A DNA stretch of 16,652 nt from Okeania sp. (GTDB lineage Bacteria; Cyanobacteriota; Cyanobacteriia; Cyanobacteriales; Microcoleaceae), in assembly GCF_035285525.1 (NCBI RefSeq), contig NZ_JAYKGW010000132.1, forward strand, positions 1 to 16,652, in the 5' to 3' direction. Below are positions 7,774-14,714 of the stretch, piece by piece (positions within the stretch are counted from its first letter, which is position 1; each line of letters starts with the position of its first letter). The notes beneath the pieces were generated by a model, which made no database searches, was not told the DNA's origin, and was given only the letters and a program-made list of their open reading frames with translations. A program made the position numbers and the translations under genes.

Positions 7774-7986
7774 GTTATATAATAATATGAAATACCTTGA
7801 TATTTGGTACTGGAAATTGATAGACAGATGGAGGAGATAGAAAAGATAAGAATATTCATAAGTAAAATTCATTATAAAAGATATTTAAAATTACATAATT
7901 CCATTAGGATATACAGCTATGACAAGCAAGATGCTTGTGCTACAACTGAAAAAAATTTTAGTTCCTTATTTTTTTGATAATTAACT

Positions 7987-8490
7987 ATGAATTTAATCAT
8001 TTTACCTTTAAGGGCGATTGTTTCTGAATTTTTAATATTATTGATGGTAATTGCCATCGAATCATATTTTTTTCAACTCCGACTTAACTTCATTCCCAAA
8101 GTTAGCATTCAATATGCGACTGTAATAAATTTAATTTCTACTTGTGTAGGATGGATTTTCTTTTTCTATGGTGTAAGTATCCTACCAAATAAGTTAGAAG
8201 AACAAATAGTGGCTTATATTTTATTTGGTAAGATTGAAAATATTTATCATCTGTTTATACTTGCGATATTTGTGATTTTTTTAACTTCTCTAATTCTCAA
8301 GTTAGTAGGTTTTAATTTGTGTGAGTATTTATGGAATGGAAAACCTCAAAATAATAGAATTAGTATTAGTTTATCTCAACCTTTGAGAGAAATAATGACA
8401 CCAAAGTTTATGGTAATTACAATGGCTCATATTTGTAGCTATTTAGCAATATGGTTTATTTTATTGTTGCAGAGGTTTGAACTAACATGA
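7987..8490 (+). CDS. fraC: Small Phe-rich polytopic membrane protein, FraC-like (filament integrity / septal junction)
   Basis: The 167-aa ORF has about four hydrophobic helices and 15 Phe residues. It is first in a three-gene cluster whose order and sizes fit Anabaena fraC-fraD-fraE, where I recall FraC at 179 aa and FraD at 343 aa. The call is from synteny and topology, not an alignment. Confidence 0.5.
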   Translation: MNLIILPLRAIVSEFLILLMVIAIESYFFQLRLNFIPKVSIQYATVINLISTCVGWIFFFYGVSILPNKLEEQIVAYILFGKIENIYHLFILAIFVIFLTSLILKLVGFNLCEYLWNGKPQNNRISISLSQPLREIMTPKFMVITMAHICSYLAIWFILLLQRFELT

Positions 8491-9509
8491 AAGCAATTTG
8501 GAAAAGTGTAACTGATTTGTTCGGGGGTATTATTGTTTTTTTCAAGGATGCTCTCAATTTAATTTTACCCCCTAAGTTTTGGCATTGGCAGACATTTTTA
8601 TTATTGACGATAGTTTTATGGTTATTGTCAACAATTATTGGTGAAGTTGATAGTAACAAGAAAGAAGAAATTAATTTTATTTCTAGTTTAGCTTGGCTAT
8701 CTTTAACAATTGCTATGGGATGGCGGACTAATCAAAAACCATTTATTTTCAAGGAAATAAGTTTGTCTCCTTGGGTGACAGGAGGATTAATTTCCTTTCT
8801 TTTATATCAAAATTTGGCAAACAATACTAAGTACATAGCTGTTGTTAGTTGGCCGATAATTTCTGTCTCTATAGCAGCAATAATCCTAGTATTAAGTTCT
8901 TCTGAAGCCACAACAACAGCTAAAACTTCTCAATTATCAAAACCAAGTTTTGTCACCTTAATTTTAGTGAATTGTTTGATTAGTTGTTGGTTAGGATTGT
9001 ATTTCTTGATTCAGGATATAGTGCAACAATATCCAACAATGGGAGCAGATGATTTAAGTGGAAGTACCTTTGTTTATAGATTAAAAACCCCTTCAATAAA
9101 TGATAATGGAGGCACGAAAATTCTTAACTTGATGGAAGAAAGATTAAACAATGATTTAGGCACTCAAAGATTGGGATTGTCAGTACCTAAAATGAAGTTG
9201 AGGTTAGAGAGTCTTAAAGATGAAGTGGCTAAGGAAATATCTGTTAAAGAAAATGATTTATGGGAGTTAAAAACAGGAATACTTTCTAAACAGTCTGGAT
9301 ATGAGTTGGATTTACAATTATTTTGGCAAGGATTTACAGCAAAAAATGAAAGTTATTATCTGAGTAGAAGTTGTAAAATAGGAGAAAAAGTTACCCGCAG
9401 AAATTCTGGTTCTACAGCACCAATTCTAGTTGGTAAGGTTGAATGTAGTGCTGTCAAAAAAAATGATTTTAAACAAGAAAGTGAACAAAAGAGTATAGAG
9501 AAAATTTAA
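8487..9509 (+). CDS. fraD: Membrane protein with an N-terminal multi-TM domain and a soluble C-terminal domain, FraD-like
   Basis: The 340-aa ORF starts at an ATGA overlap with the upstream stop, which suggests translational coupling. About 5-6 TM helices occupy the first 190 aa or so, followed by a charged, partly helical C-terminal region of about 150 aa. The position and size fit FraD. Confidence 0.5.
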   Translation: MKAIWKSVTDLFGGIIVFFKDALNLILPPKFWHWQTFLLLTIVLWLLSTIIGEVDSNKKEEINFISSLAWLSLTIAMGWRTNQKPFIFKEISLSPWVTGGLISFLLYQNLANNTKYIAVVSWPIISVSIAAIILVLSSSEATTTAKTSQLSKPSFVTLILVNCLISCWLGLYFLIQDIVQQYPTMGADDLSGSTFVYRLKTPSINDNGGTKILNLMEERLNNDLGTQRLGLSVPKMKLRLESLKDEVAKEISVKENDLWELKTGILSKQSGYELDLQLFWQGFTAKNESYYLSRSCKIGEKVTRRNSGSTAPILVGKVECSAVKKNDFKQESEQKSIEKI

Positions 9510-9569
9510 AACTTGATGGTTGGTTACTAAAAGCTTATAAAGTTTAAATAGGAGGTTAGAAAATATTTT

Positions 9570-10343
9570 ATGAATCCAGGGAGAATTATCACAATTTCTC
9601 AGAATGTATTTTGGGAAGTAATTCGCGATCGCATCTTTTATTTAATTGGCTTTTTTGCTTTATTAATGGTAGTTGCTGTCAGGTTAATTCCAGAATTATC
9701 TGTAGGTACACAGGATAAAATAATTTTAGATTTTGGGTTAGCAGCTATTAGTATTTTAGGTTTAATTGTGACAGTTTTTATTGGTACTGGTTTAGTAAAT
9801 AAAGAAATTGAAAAACGTACTGTTTATCTTCTGGTTGCTAAACCTTTGAGTCGTTCGGAATTAATTGTTGGTAAACATATTGGTTTATCGGCAGTTTTGG
9901 GTGTTTTATTAGCAGCGATGACTATAATTTATGGATTAATTCTGAGTCTAAATGGAATTTATTACCCTATAGGCAGTATTTTAGTAACTGTAATTTTTAT
10001 ATTTATTCAATTGTCGTTACTAACGGCAGTAGCAATTTTATTTGGTGTTTTTACCAGTTCTTTATTAGCAACATTATTAACATTTAGTATCTATTTAATG
10101 GGAAATTTAAGTAGAGATTTGGTGAAGTTGGGTGATTTAACTGATAACCCTGGAATTGAAAAGTTAATGATGGGATTATATGTGGTATTGCCAGATTTAA
10201 GTAGATTAGATTTAAAGAATGATGCAGTCTATGGTTTACTGCCAGATATTGTTACTTTATTCACTAATTTTGGTTATGCTTTGGTCTATATAATTTTGGT
10301 TTTATCTATTACTATTACTGTCTTTTCTAGAAGAGAATTTTGA
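9570..10343 (+). CDS. fraE: ABC-2 type permease (NosY/ABC2_membrane-like) without a cognate ATPase, FraE-like
   Basis: The 257-aa ORF has six hydrophobic segments. The N-terminus IFWEVIRDRIFYLIGFF is typical of ABC-2 permeases. GGAGG lies at 9553-9557. No ATPase gene is adjacent, as for fraE. Confidence 0.6.
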   Translation: MNPGRIITISQNVFWEVIRDRIFYLIGFFALLMVVAVRLIPELSVGTQDKIILDFGLAAISILGLIVTVFIGTGLVNKEIEKRTVYLLVAKPLSRSELIVGKHIGLSAVLGVLLAAMTIIYGLILSLNGIYYPIGSILVTVIFIFIQLSLLTAVAILFGVFTSSLLATLLTFSIYLMGNLSRDLVKLGDLTDNPGIEKLMMGLYVVLPDLSRLDLKNDAVYGLLPDIVTLFTNFGYALVYIILVLSITITVFSRREF

Positions 10344-10490
10344 AATTAGGGAGTAGTAAGAAGATTAGCTTAGTAATATTTATTAGGTAATAACTTAGAG
10401 ATTTTTGGTGGTAGTAAATTCCCATTATTTATGTGAGAAAAATAGTGGGATCATCTTGCTCTCATCCTAACCAAGTATTTCTTTATTTAG

Positions 10491-10554
10491 AAGGAAAAAG
10501 AAAGAGGGAAGAAGGAAGAAGGAGGAGGAAAAAAGGAAGGAAGGAGTAGGAAAA
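10491..10554 (+). repeat. 64-nt polypurine (GA) tract
   Basis: AAGGAAAAAGAAAGAGGGAAGAAGGAAGAAGGAGGAGGAAAAAAGGAAGGAAGGAGTAGGAAAA has a single pyrimidine. A shorter GA tract lies at 10857-10886. Confidence 0.9.
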
Positions 10555-10710
10555 TTACATTCAACTTCTCTAACATTAGATGTAGGTTGGGTTGAGGAAC
10601 GAAACCCAACAAAAATCTTTTTTGGGATATATTGCTTTTGCATAAGTCCTGAATCATTTATTAGGGGAGTAAAAACTAAAAAATAGTAAATAAAGACAAA
10701 AATAATCTTG

Positions 10711-10797
10711 ATGAAAAAATTAGAATAACTAAGAAATATATTCATTGAAATGGATAAAGTATTAATTACTGACTCCGGTGCCATAAATAGCACTATC
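10711..10797 (+). pseudogene. Decayed copy 'a' of the larE-like 5' end
   Basis: ATGAAAAAATTAGAATAACTAAGAAATATATTCATTGAAATGGATAAAGTATTAATTACTGACTCCGGTGCCATAAATAGCAC matches the first 85 nt or so of the gene at 11293. It has a stop at codon 6 and a destroyed SGGxDS motif. Confidence 0.75.
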
Positions 10798-10815
10798 AAT
10801 AATTGATAATTAATA

Positions 10816-10855
10816 ATGAAAAAATTAGAATAACTAAGAAATATATTCACTGAAA
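10816..10855 (+). pseudogene. Truncated copy 'b' of the larE-like 5' end (40 nt)
   Basis: ATGAAAAAATTAGAATAACTAAGAAATATATTCACTGAAA matches 11293-11332 and is preceded by the same AATAATT heptamers. The match ends at the outer duplication junction. Confidence 0.75.
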
Positions 10856-11046
10856 AGGAAGAAAAAATAAGGAATAAGGAAGAAGATTAGTTAGTAATAT
10901 TCATTAGATAAAAACTTAGATATTTTCCTAGTAGTTAATTGCCATTATTTCTGTTAGCATCTTACTGCCATCCTAACCAAATATTTTCTTATCTATCACG
11001 TTTGGTATATAACAATTATATTAAATAGGTTGTCATAATTTAATGG

Positions 11047-11101
11047 TAGGGGTTTGGTCTCCAAACCCTAGCCAAAATCAGACCAGTAAACCAAACCCCT
11101 A
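11047..11101. repeat. Hairpin repeat with alternative pairings (TAGGGGTTTGG / CCAAACCCCTA)
   Basis: TAGGGGTTTGG (11047-11057) can pair with either CCAAACCCTA (11061-11070) or CCAAACCCCTA (11091-11101). It is present only in unit 2 of the duplication. Confidence 0.6.
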
Positions 11102-11173
11102 GAGCTTTTTTCAAAATCATTTATTAGAAAAATAAGCACTAAAAAGTAGTAAATAAAAATCAAAATAATCTTG

Positions 11174-11257
11174 ATGAAAAAATTAGAACAACTAAAACAT
11201 ATATTCACTCAAATGGATAAAGCATTAATTGCTGACTCCGGTGACATAGACAGATAG
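11174..11257 (+). pseudogene. Decayed copy 'c' of the larE-like 5' end, an open 27-codon ORF
   Basis: The ORF translates to MKKLEQLKHIFTQMDKALIADSGDIDR*, against MKKIEQLKNIFTEMDKALIAYSGGIDS... in the real protein. The PP-loop SGGIDS has become SGDIDR, followed by a TAG at 11255. Confidence 0.75.
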
Positions 11258-11260
11258 CAT

Positions 11261-11295
11261 TATAATTAATAATTAATCATGGATAATTAATAATG
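11261..11295 (+). repeat. AATAATT heptamer array (5 units) ending in the larE-like start codon
   Basis: The units are TATAATT AATAATT AATCATG GATAATT AATAATG, and the final ATG is the start codon at 11293. The paralogous array in unit 1 (10798-10818) has only 3 units. That difference accounts exactly for the 14-nt spacing difference between the copies (119 vs 105 nt). Confidence 0.85.
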
Positions 11296-12111
11296 AAAAA
11301 AATAGAACAACTAAAAAATATATTCACTGAAATGGATAAAGCATTAATTGCTTACTCTGGTGGAATAGATAGCACTTTAGTCGCCAAAATTGCTTATGAT
11401 ATTTTAGGTAAAAAAGCATTAGCAGTAACTGCTGTTTCTCCTTCTTTATTACCAGAAGACTTAGAAGATGCTCGCATCCAAGCAGCAATTATTGGTATCT
11501 CCCACGAAGAAGTAAATACTAATGAAATGGAAAATCCAAATTATACTTCTAATCCCATAAACCGTTGTTATTTTTGCAAAAGTGAATTGCATGACACCCT
11601 CAAACCTTTAGCTTTAAAAAGAGGTTATTCTTATGTAGTAGATGGAGTAAATGCTGATGATTTACGAGACTATCGTCCGGGTATTCAAGCAGCAAAACAA
11701 AGGGGTGCAAGATCGCCTTTAGCAGAAGTAGAAATTACTAAATTTGAAGTTAGACAAATTGCCAAAGAATTAGGTTTACCTTGGTGGGATAAACCAGCTC
11801 AACCTTGTTTAAGTTCCCGTTTTCCTTATGGGGAAGAAATTACTTTGGAAAAGTTACAAAGAGTCGGACGTGGAGAAAGATATTTACGAAATTTAGGATG
11901 GAAAAATTTACGAGTTCGTTCGGAAAAAGATACTGCTCGAATTGAAATTTTGCCTGAAGAAATTAAAGATTTTGTATTAACCACAGACTTGCCTAAGTTA
12001 GTGGAAAAATTTCAAGAGTTTGGCTTTATTTATGTCACTTTAGATTTGGAAGGATATCGCAGTGGAAAGTTAAATCAGGTTTTGTCACCAGAGGTATTAC
12101 CGAATAATTAA
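11293..12111 (+). CDS. larE: LarE-like ATP-dependent PP-loop sulfur transferase (TIGR00268-type ATP-utilising enzyme)
   Basis: The 272-aa ORF has the PP-loop SGGIDS at residues 22-27, the Cys motifs NRCYFCK and QPCLSSRFPYG, and a C-terminal LRVR...ARIE block. This matches the LarE family pattern. Confidence 0.75.
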   Translation: MKKIEQLKNIFTEMDKALIAYSGGIDSTLVAKIAYDILGKKALAVTAVSPSLLPEDLEDARIQAAIIGISHEEVNTNEMENPNYTSNPINRCYFCKSELHDTLKPLALKRGYSYVVDGVNADDLRDYRPGIQAAKQRGARSPLAEVEITKFEVRQIAKELGLPWWDKPAQPCLSSRFPYGEEITLEKLQRVGRGERYLRNLGWKNLRVRSEKDTARIEILPEEIKDFVLTTDLPKLVEKFQEFGFIYVTLDLEGYRSGKLNQVLSPEVLPNN

Positions 12112-12165
12112 TAATTAATAGTTAATAATTAATAATTAAGAGTTTATAGTCAATAATTATTCATT
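12103..12165 (+). repeat. AATAATT heptamer array (about 9 units) starting inside the last codons of the larE-like gene
   Basis: The units are AATAATT AATAATT AATAGTT AATAATT AATAATT AAGAGTT TATAGTC AATAATT ATTCATT. The first units encode Asn-Asn-stop (AAT AAT TAA at 12103-12111). Confidence 0.85.
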
Positions 12166-12223
12166 CAACAATTTATGTCTGCTTTGGATAGGGGATAAAT
12201 CAAAAATTTTTCTTTGAGTCAAT

Positions 12224-12243
12224 CCCCTTCTTTGAAGAAGGGG
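12224..12243 (+). terminator. Possible terminator hairpin after the larE-like gene
   Basis: CCCCTTCTT TG AAGAAGGGG forms a 9-bp stem and is followed by TAATTATTAATT, which is only a weak U-tract. Confidence 0.3.
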
Positions 12244-12376
12244 TAATTATTAATTGCTGAAAGGAAATTTAGGAGAAACAATGTACAAGTTAAATGACAA
12301 AAATATTCTAGCCCCCGATAGGTCTACCTCATAAAAACGGCAAGGGGTGTAAAAGGAAAATTTTAGGAATTTAATT

Positions 12377-13069
12377 ATGACAATTAAACTAGAAAAAGTA
12401 GTTCCTTGGGGCAGAAATATTGATGAATATATTTCTATGTTTGACCTAACTTCAACAGAGAAAAATTTAACTATTCTCGACTGTGCTGGAGGACCGTCAA
12501 GTTTTAATTATGAAATGACTTTGCAAGGATACAATATTATTTCTTGCGACCCAATATATCAGTTTACTGCTGATGAAATTTATCGACGTATTCAGGAAGT
12601 TTATCAATATATTGTTGATGAAGTAAAAGAAAATTATGATACTTTTGTTTGGCAAAATTTTCAGTCACCTGAAGATTTAGGAAAAGTCAGAATAGTAGCT
12701 ATGGAAAAATTTCTACAAGACTTTTCCACTGGTGTTCAACAGAAACGTTATTTAACTGCGGAATTACCAAATTTACCTTTTGAGGATAACAAGTTTGATT
12801 TGGCTTTATGTAGTCATTTCCTATTTTTATATTCCGACCAATTTTCAGTAGAATTTCACCTAGAATCAATTTTGGAAATGTGTCGAGTTGCTAAAGAAGT
12901 AAGAATTTTTCCTCTGCTGAAAATGTCTGGAGAAATATCCCCATTAGTAATGCCAATAATTGCAAAATTATCAACTAAAGGATATCAAGCAGAAATTAAA
13001 CAAGTAGATTATGAATTTCAAAAAGGAGGTAATCAAATGATAAGTATTCAGTCCTCAGTTATTAAATAA
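12377..13069 (+). CDS. Class I SAM-dependent methyltransferase
   Basis: The 230-aa ORF has motif I ILDCAGGPSSF, an acidic residue after beta-2 (ISCDP) and the post-motif FDLALCSHFLF. The substrate is unknown. Confidence 0.7.
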   Translation: MTIKLEKVVPWGRNIDEYISMFDLTSTEKNLTILDCAGGPSSFNYEMTLQGYNIISCDPIYQFTADEIYRRIQEVYQYIVDEVKENYDTFVWQNFQSPEDLGKVRIVAMEKFLQDFSTGVQQKRYLTAELPNLPFEDNKFDLALCSHFLFLYSDQFSVEFHLESILEMCRVAKEVRIFPLLKMSGEISPLVMPIIAKLSTKGYQAEIKQVDYEFQKGGNQMISIQSSVIK

Positions 13070-13446
13070 GTAGCTATTACAGCGGATTCCATTTTGATGA
13101 GGAACACCCGTCGCGACCAAGATGCCTAGAGAAATTTAATTGCTGAATCTGTACTTCATGTTTCTGGAATATATTTTATAAATGTTTGTTACACTTTATT
13201 TAGTATAATAGTCACTACAAAGTCTCTATGTAACATCTGTACGGAAGAAATAAAATAAGAATAATTAACGCTAAATAGCTCATAATTATCAAAAAATCTA
13301 TTAGACTAACTTTTATTACTTAATAATTGAAGTTTCATTTAAGTGTAGTATTATTTTTTTGAAATTGAATATAGTATCAATTTGCTTGAAAATATCAAAG
13401 GTTTAGATATATATTTGTATAGTGATAATTAATCAAAAAATAAATA

Positions 13447-13782
13447 ATGGCCAAACATAACCAAGAGCGATTTTTCGATTTGTCGCCCAAGGAAGAAGCG
13501 GTACTGTCATCGGTTCTATACCAAAAACGTTATGGATTAGAAATTATTGAGGCTGTCAAGGAAGCTAGTGGTGGGAGGATTGAACTAGGATTTGGTTCTC
13601 TTTATCCGACCCTACATAAGTTGGAGAAAAAAGGTTTTCTAGCAGCACATTGGGGAGATGAAACTCCTGAAGAACGTGGTGGAGCAAGACGCAGATATTA
13701 CCAGATTACAGGTTTAGGGAAGAAGGTACTTCAAGAAAAACAAAATTTCTTGAATGATTTAGCAGTATGGCAACCAATTTGA
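13447..13782 (+). CDS. PadR family transcriptional regulator
   Basis: The 111-aa ORF has the winged-HTH signature YGLEIIEAV...GSLYPTLHKLEKKGFL...RRRYYQITGLGKKVL. Confidence 0.9.
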   Translation: MAKHNQERFFDLSPKEEAVLSSVLYQKRYGLEIIEAVKEASGGRIELGFGSLYPTLHKLEKKGFLAAHWGDETPEERGGARRRYYQITGLGKKVLQEKQNFLNDLAVWQPI

Positions 13783-14399
13783 TGAGGAGTAAAATAATGA
13801 AAAATTTAGGAGTAGTAATGGCAAATTTCAAGTGCTATGTCTACTATATTTTAATTCTTCTAGTTGATGGTTTTCGTAACCCCAATCTATTTGCCAAAAT
13901 AACTCCATCACAAAAAATAATTGACCAAGCATGGAAAGATAAAAATGAAAGATTTCTTTGGCAAACTTTGTCAAAATATCCACAAGATATCTGCAAAGTT
14001 ATTTTGTTTTCAATCTTCTTTATTTACTGCACAATTTTCCGTCCTGGGAGTGATTTTTTCAGTATAGTTATGCGAATTGTAGGTTGGTCATGTTTGTATT
14101 TAATTTTAGTAGGTCCGCCACTAATATTGTTAGGGAAATTTTTCTGGAAACGGATAATTTTTAATTCAACAAAACCTTGGGATTTAAAATTATCTTATTT
14201 TCTAACTAAGCTATTTGTTGAAGAACTTGAAGAAGAAAGTCGTGGAGATTTAACAGAGGCGAGAAATAAATTAGTTAAACAAGGATATTCAAGATGGTTA
14301 GTTAGTCTTATTACTTTGATACGAGCATTGAAAATATGCTTTTATTTCTGGTTATCTAAATTTCAGTATCTTGCCAATAACTTTTTACTTAGGAGATAA
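13767..14399 (+). CDS. Membrane protein of unknown function coupled to the PadR gene
   Basis: There are about four hydrophobic helices plus a charged helix, EELEEESRGDLTEARNKLVKQGY. Three in-frame starts are possible. They are 13767 (16-nt overlap with padR), 13782 (TGATG overlap) and 13797 (preceded by GGAG at 13786-13789, probably the best). Confidence 0.6.
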   Translation: MATNLMRSKIMKNLGVVMANFKCYVYYILILLVDGFRNPNLFAKITPSQKIIDQAWKDKNERFLWQTLSKYPQDICKVILFSIFFIYCTIFRPGSDFFSIVMRIVGWSCLYLILVGPPLILLGKFFWKRIIFNSTKPWDLKLSYFLTKLFVEELEEESRGDLTEARNKLVKQGYSRWLVSLITLIRALKICFYFWLSKFQYLANNFLLRR

Positions 14400-14402
14400 T
14401 AT

Positions 14403-14699
14403 ATGTTAAAACAAAATGCAGACTTAGATTTACTTCGCTCTCTAATTAATGTAATTGAATCAGAAAGAAATGAGAGAATTTATTTAGAAAATCGAGTCAA
14501 TAGAATTGAGAATCTAGTTTATTCTCAATCCAGCAAATTTCAAGATATTAAATATCAACTCAAAGATTTAGAAGGAGAAGTTGCAGAAGTCAGGATAAAC
14601 AATCAAGTTTTATCTGAGAAAAATGCAGAACTCGAAAATTTACAACATCCTTACTCAAGCAATGCAACAGCAATTTGTAATTACCAGGAAAATGATTAA
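14403..14699 (+). CDS. Small coiled-coil protein of unknown function
   Basis: The 98-aa ORF starts 3 nt after the upstream stop, with AGGAG at 14389-14393. It has heptad-like charged and hydrophobic periodicity (LENRVNRIENLV..QLKDLEGEVAEVRINNQVLSEKNAELENL). Confidence 0.55.
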   Translation: MLKQNADLDLLRSLINVIESERNERIYLENRVNRIENLVYSQSSKFQDIKYQLKDLEGEVAEVRINNQVLSEKNAELENLQHPYSSNATAICNYQEND

Positions 14700-14714
14700 A
14701 AAAATGTCTCTAGT

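Larger units (their letters stand above)
10341..10855 (+). repeat. Outer tandem duplication, unit 1 (about 0.5 kb)
   Basis: 10359-10490 aligns with 10881-10995 (AGAAGATTAG..TTAGTAATATT...CATCCTAACCAA). 10646-10855 aligns with 11113-11332 (AATCATTTATTAG...AATAATCTTGATGAAAAAATTAGAA...). The central parts differ, with different hairpin inserts. TGAAA is present at both boundaries (10341 and 10851). Confidence 0.8.
10851..11332 (+). repeat. Outer tandem duplication, unit 2 (ends inside the real larE-like gene)
   Basis: See unit 1. The right end of the repeat lies about 40 nt into the CDS that starts at 11293. Confidence 0.8.

Noticed and set aside
8456-8659. 67-aa ORF on the minus strand
   Set aside because: It is antisense to the junction of the fraC-like and fraD-like genes and has no independent support.
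10467-10850. 127-aa ORF on the minus strand
   Set aside because: It is an artefact of the repeats. It contains MNIFLSYSNFFI twice because it reads the duplicated larE 5' copies in antisense. It then reads a Ser/Phe/Leu-rich stretch that is the complement of the polypurine tract.
13180-13446. Sigma70-like -35/-10 hexamers upstream of padR (for example TTGCTT-17-AGATAT, or TATAAT at about 13210)
   Set aside because: In DNA this AT-rich, such matches arise by chance many times per spacer. I cannot single out one promoter without TSS data.
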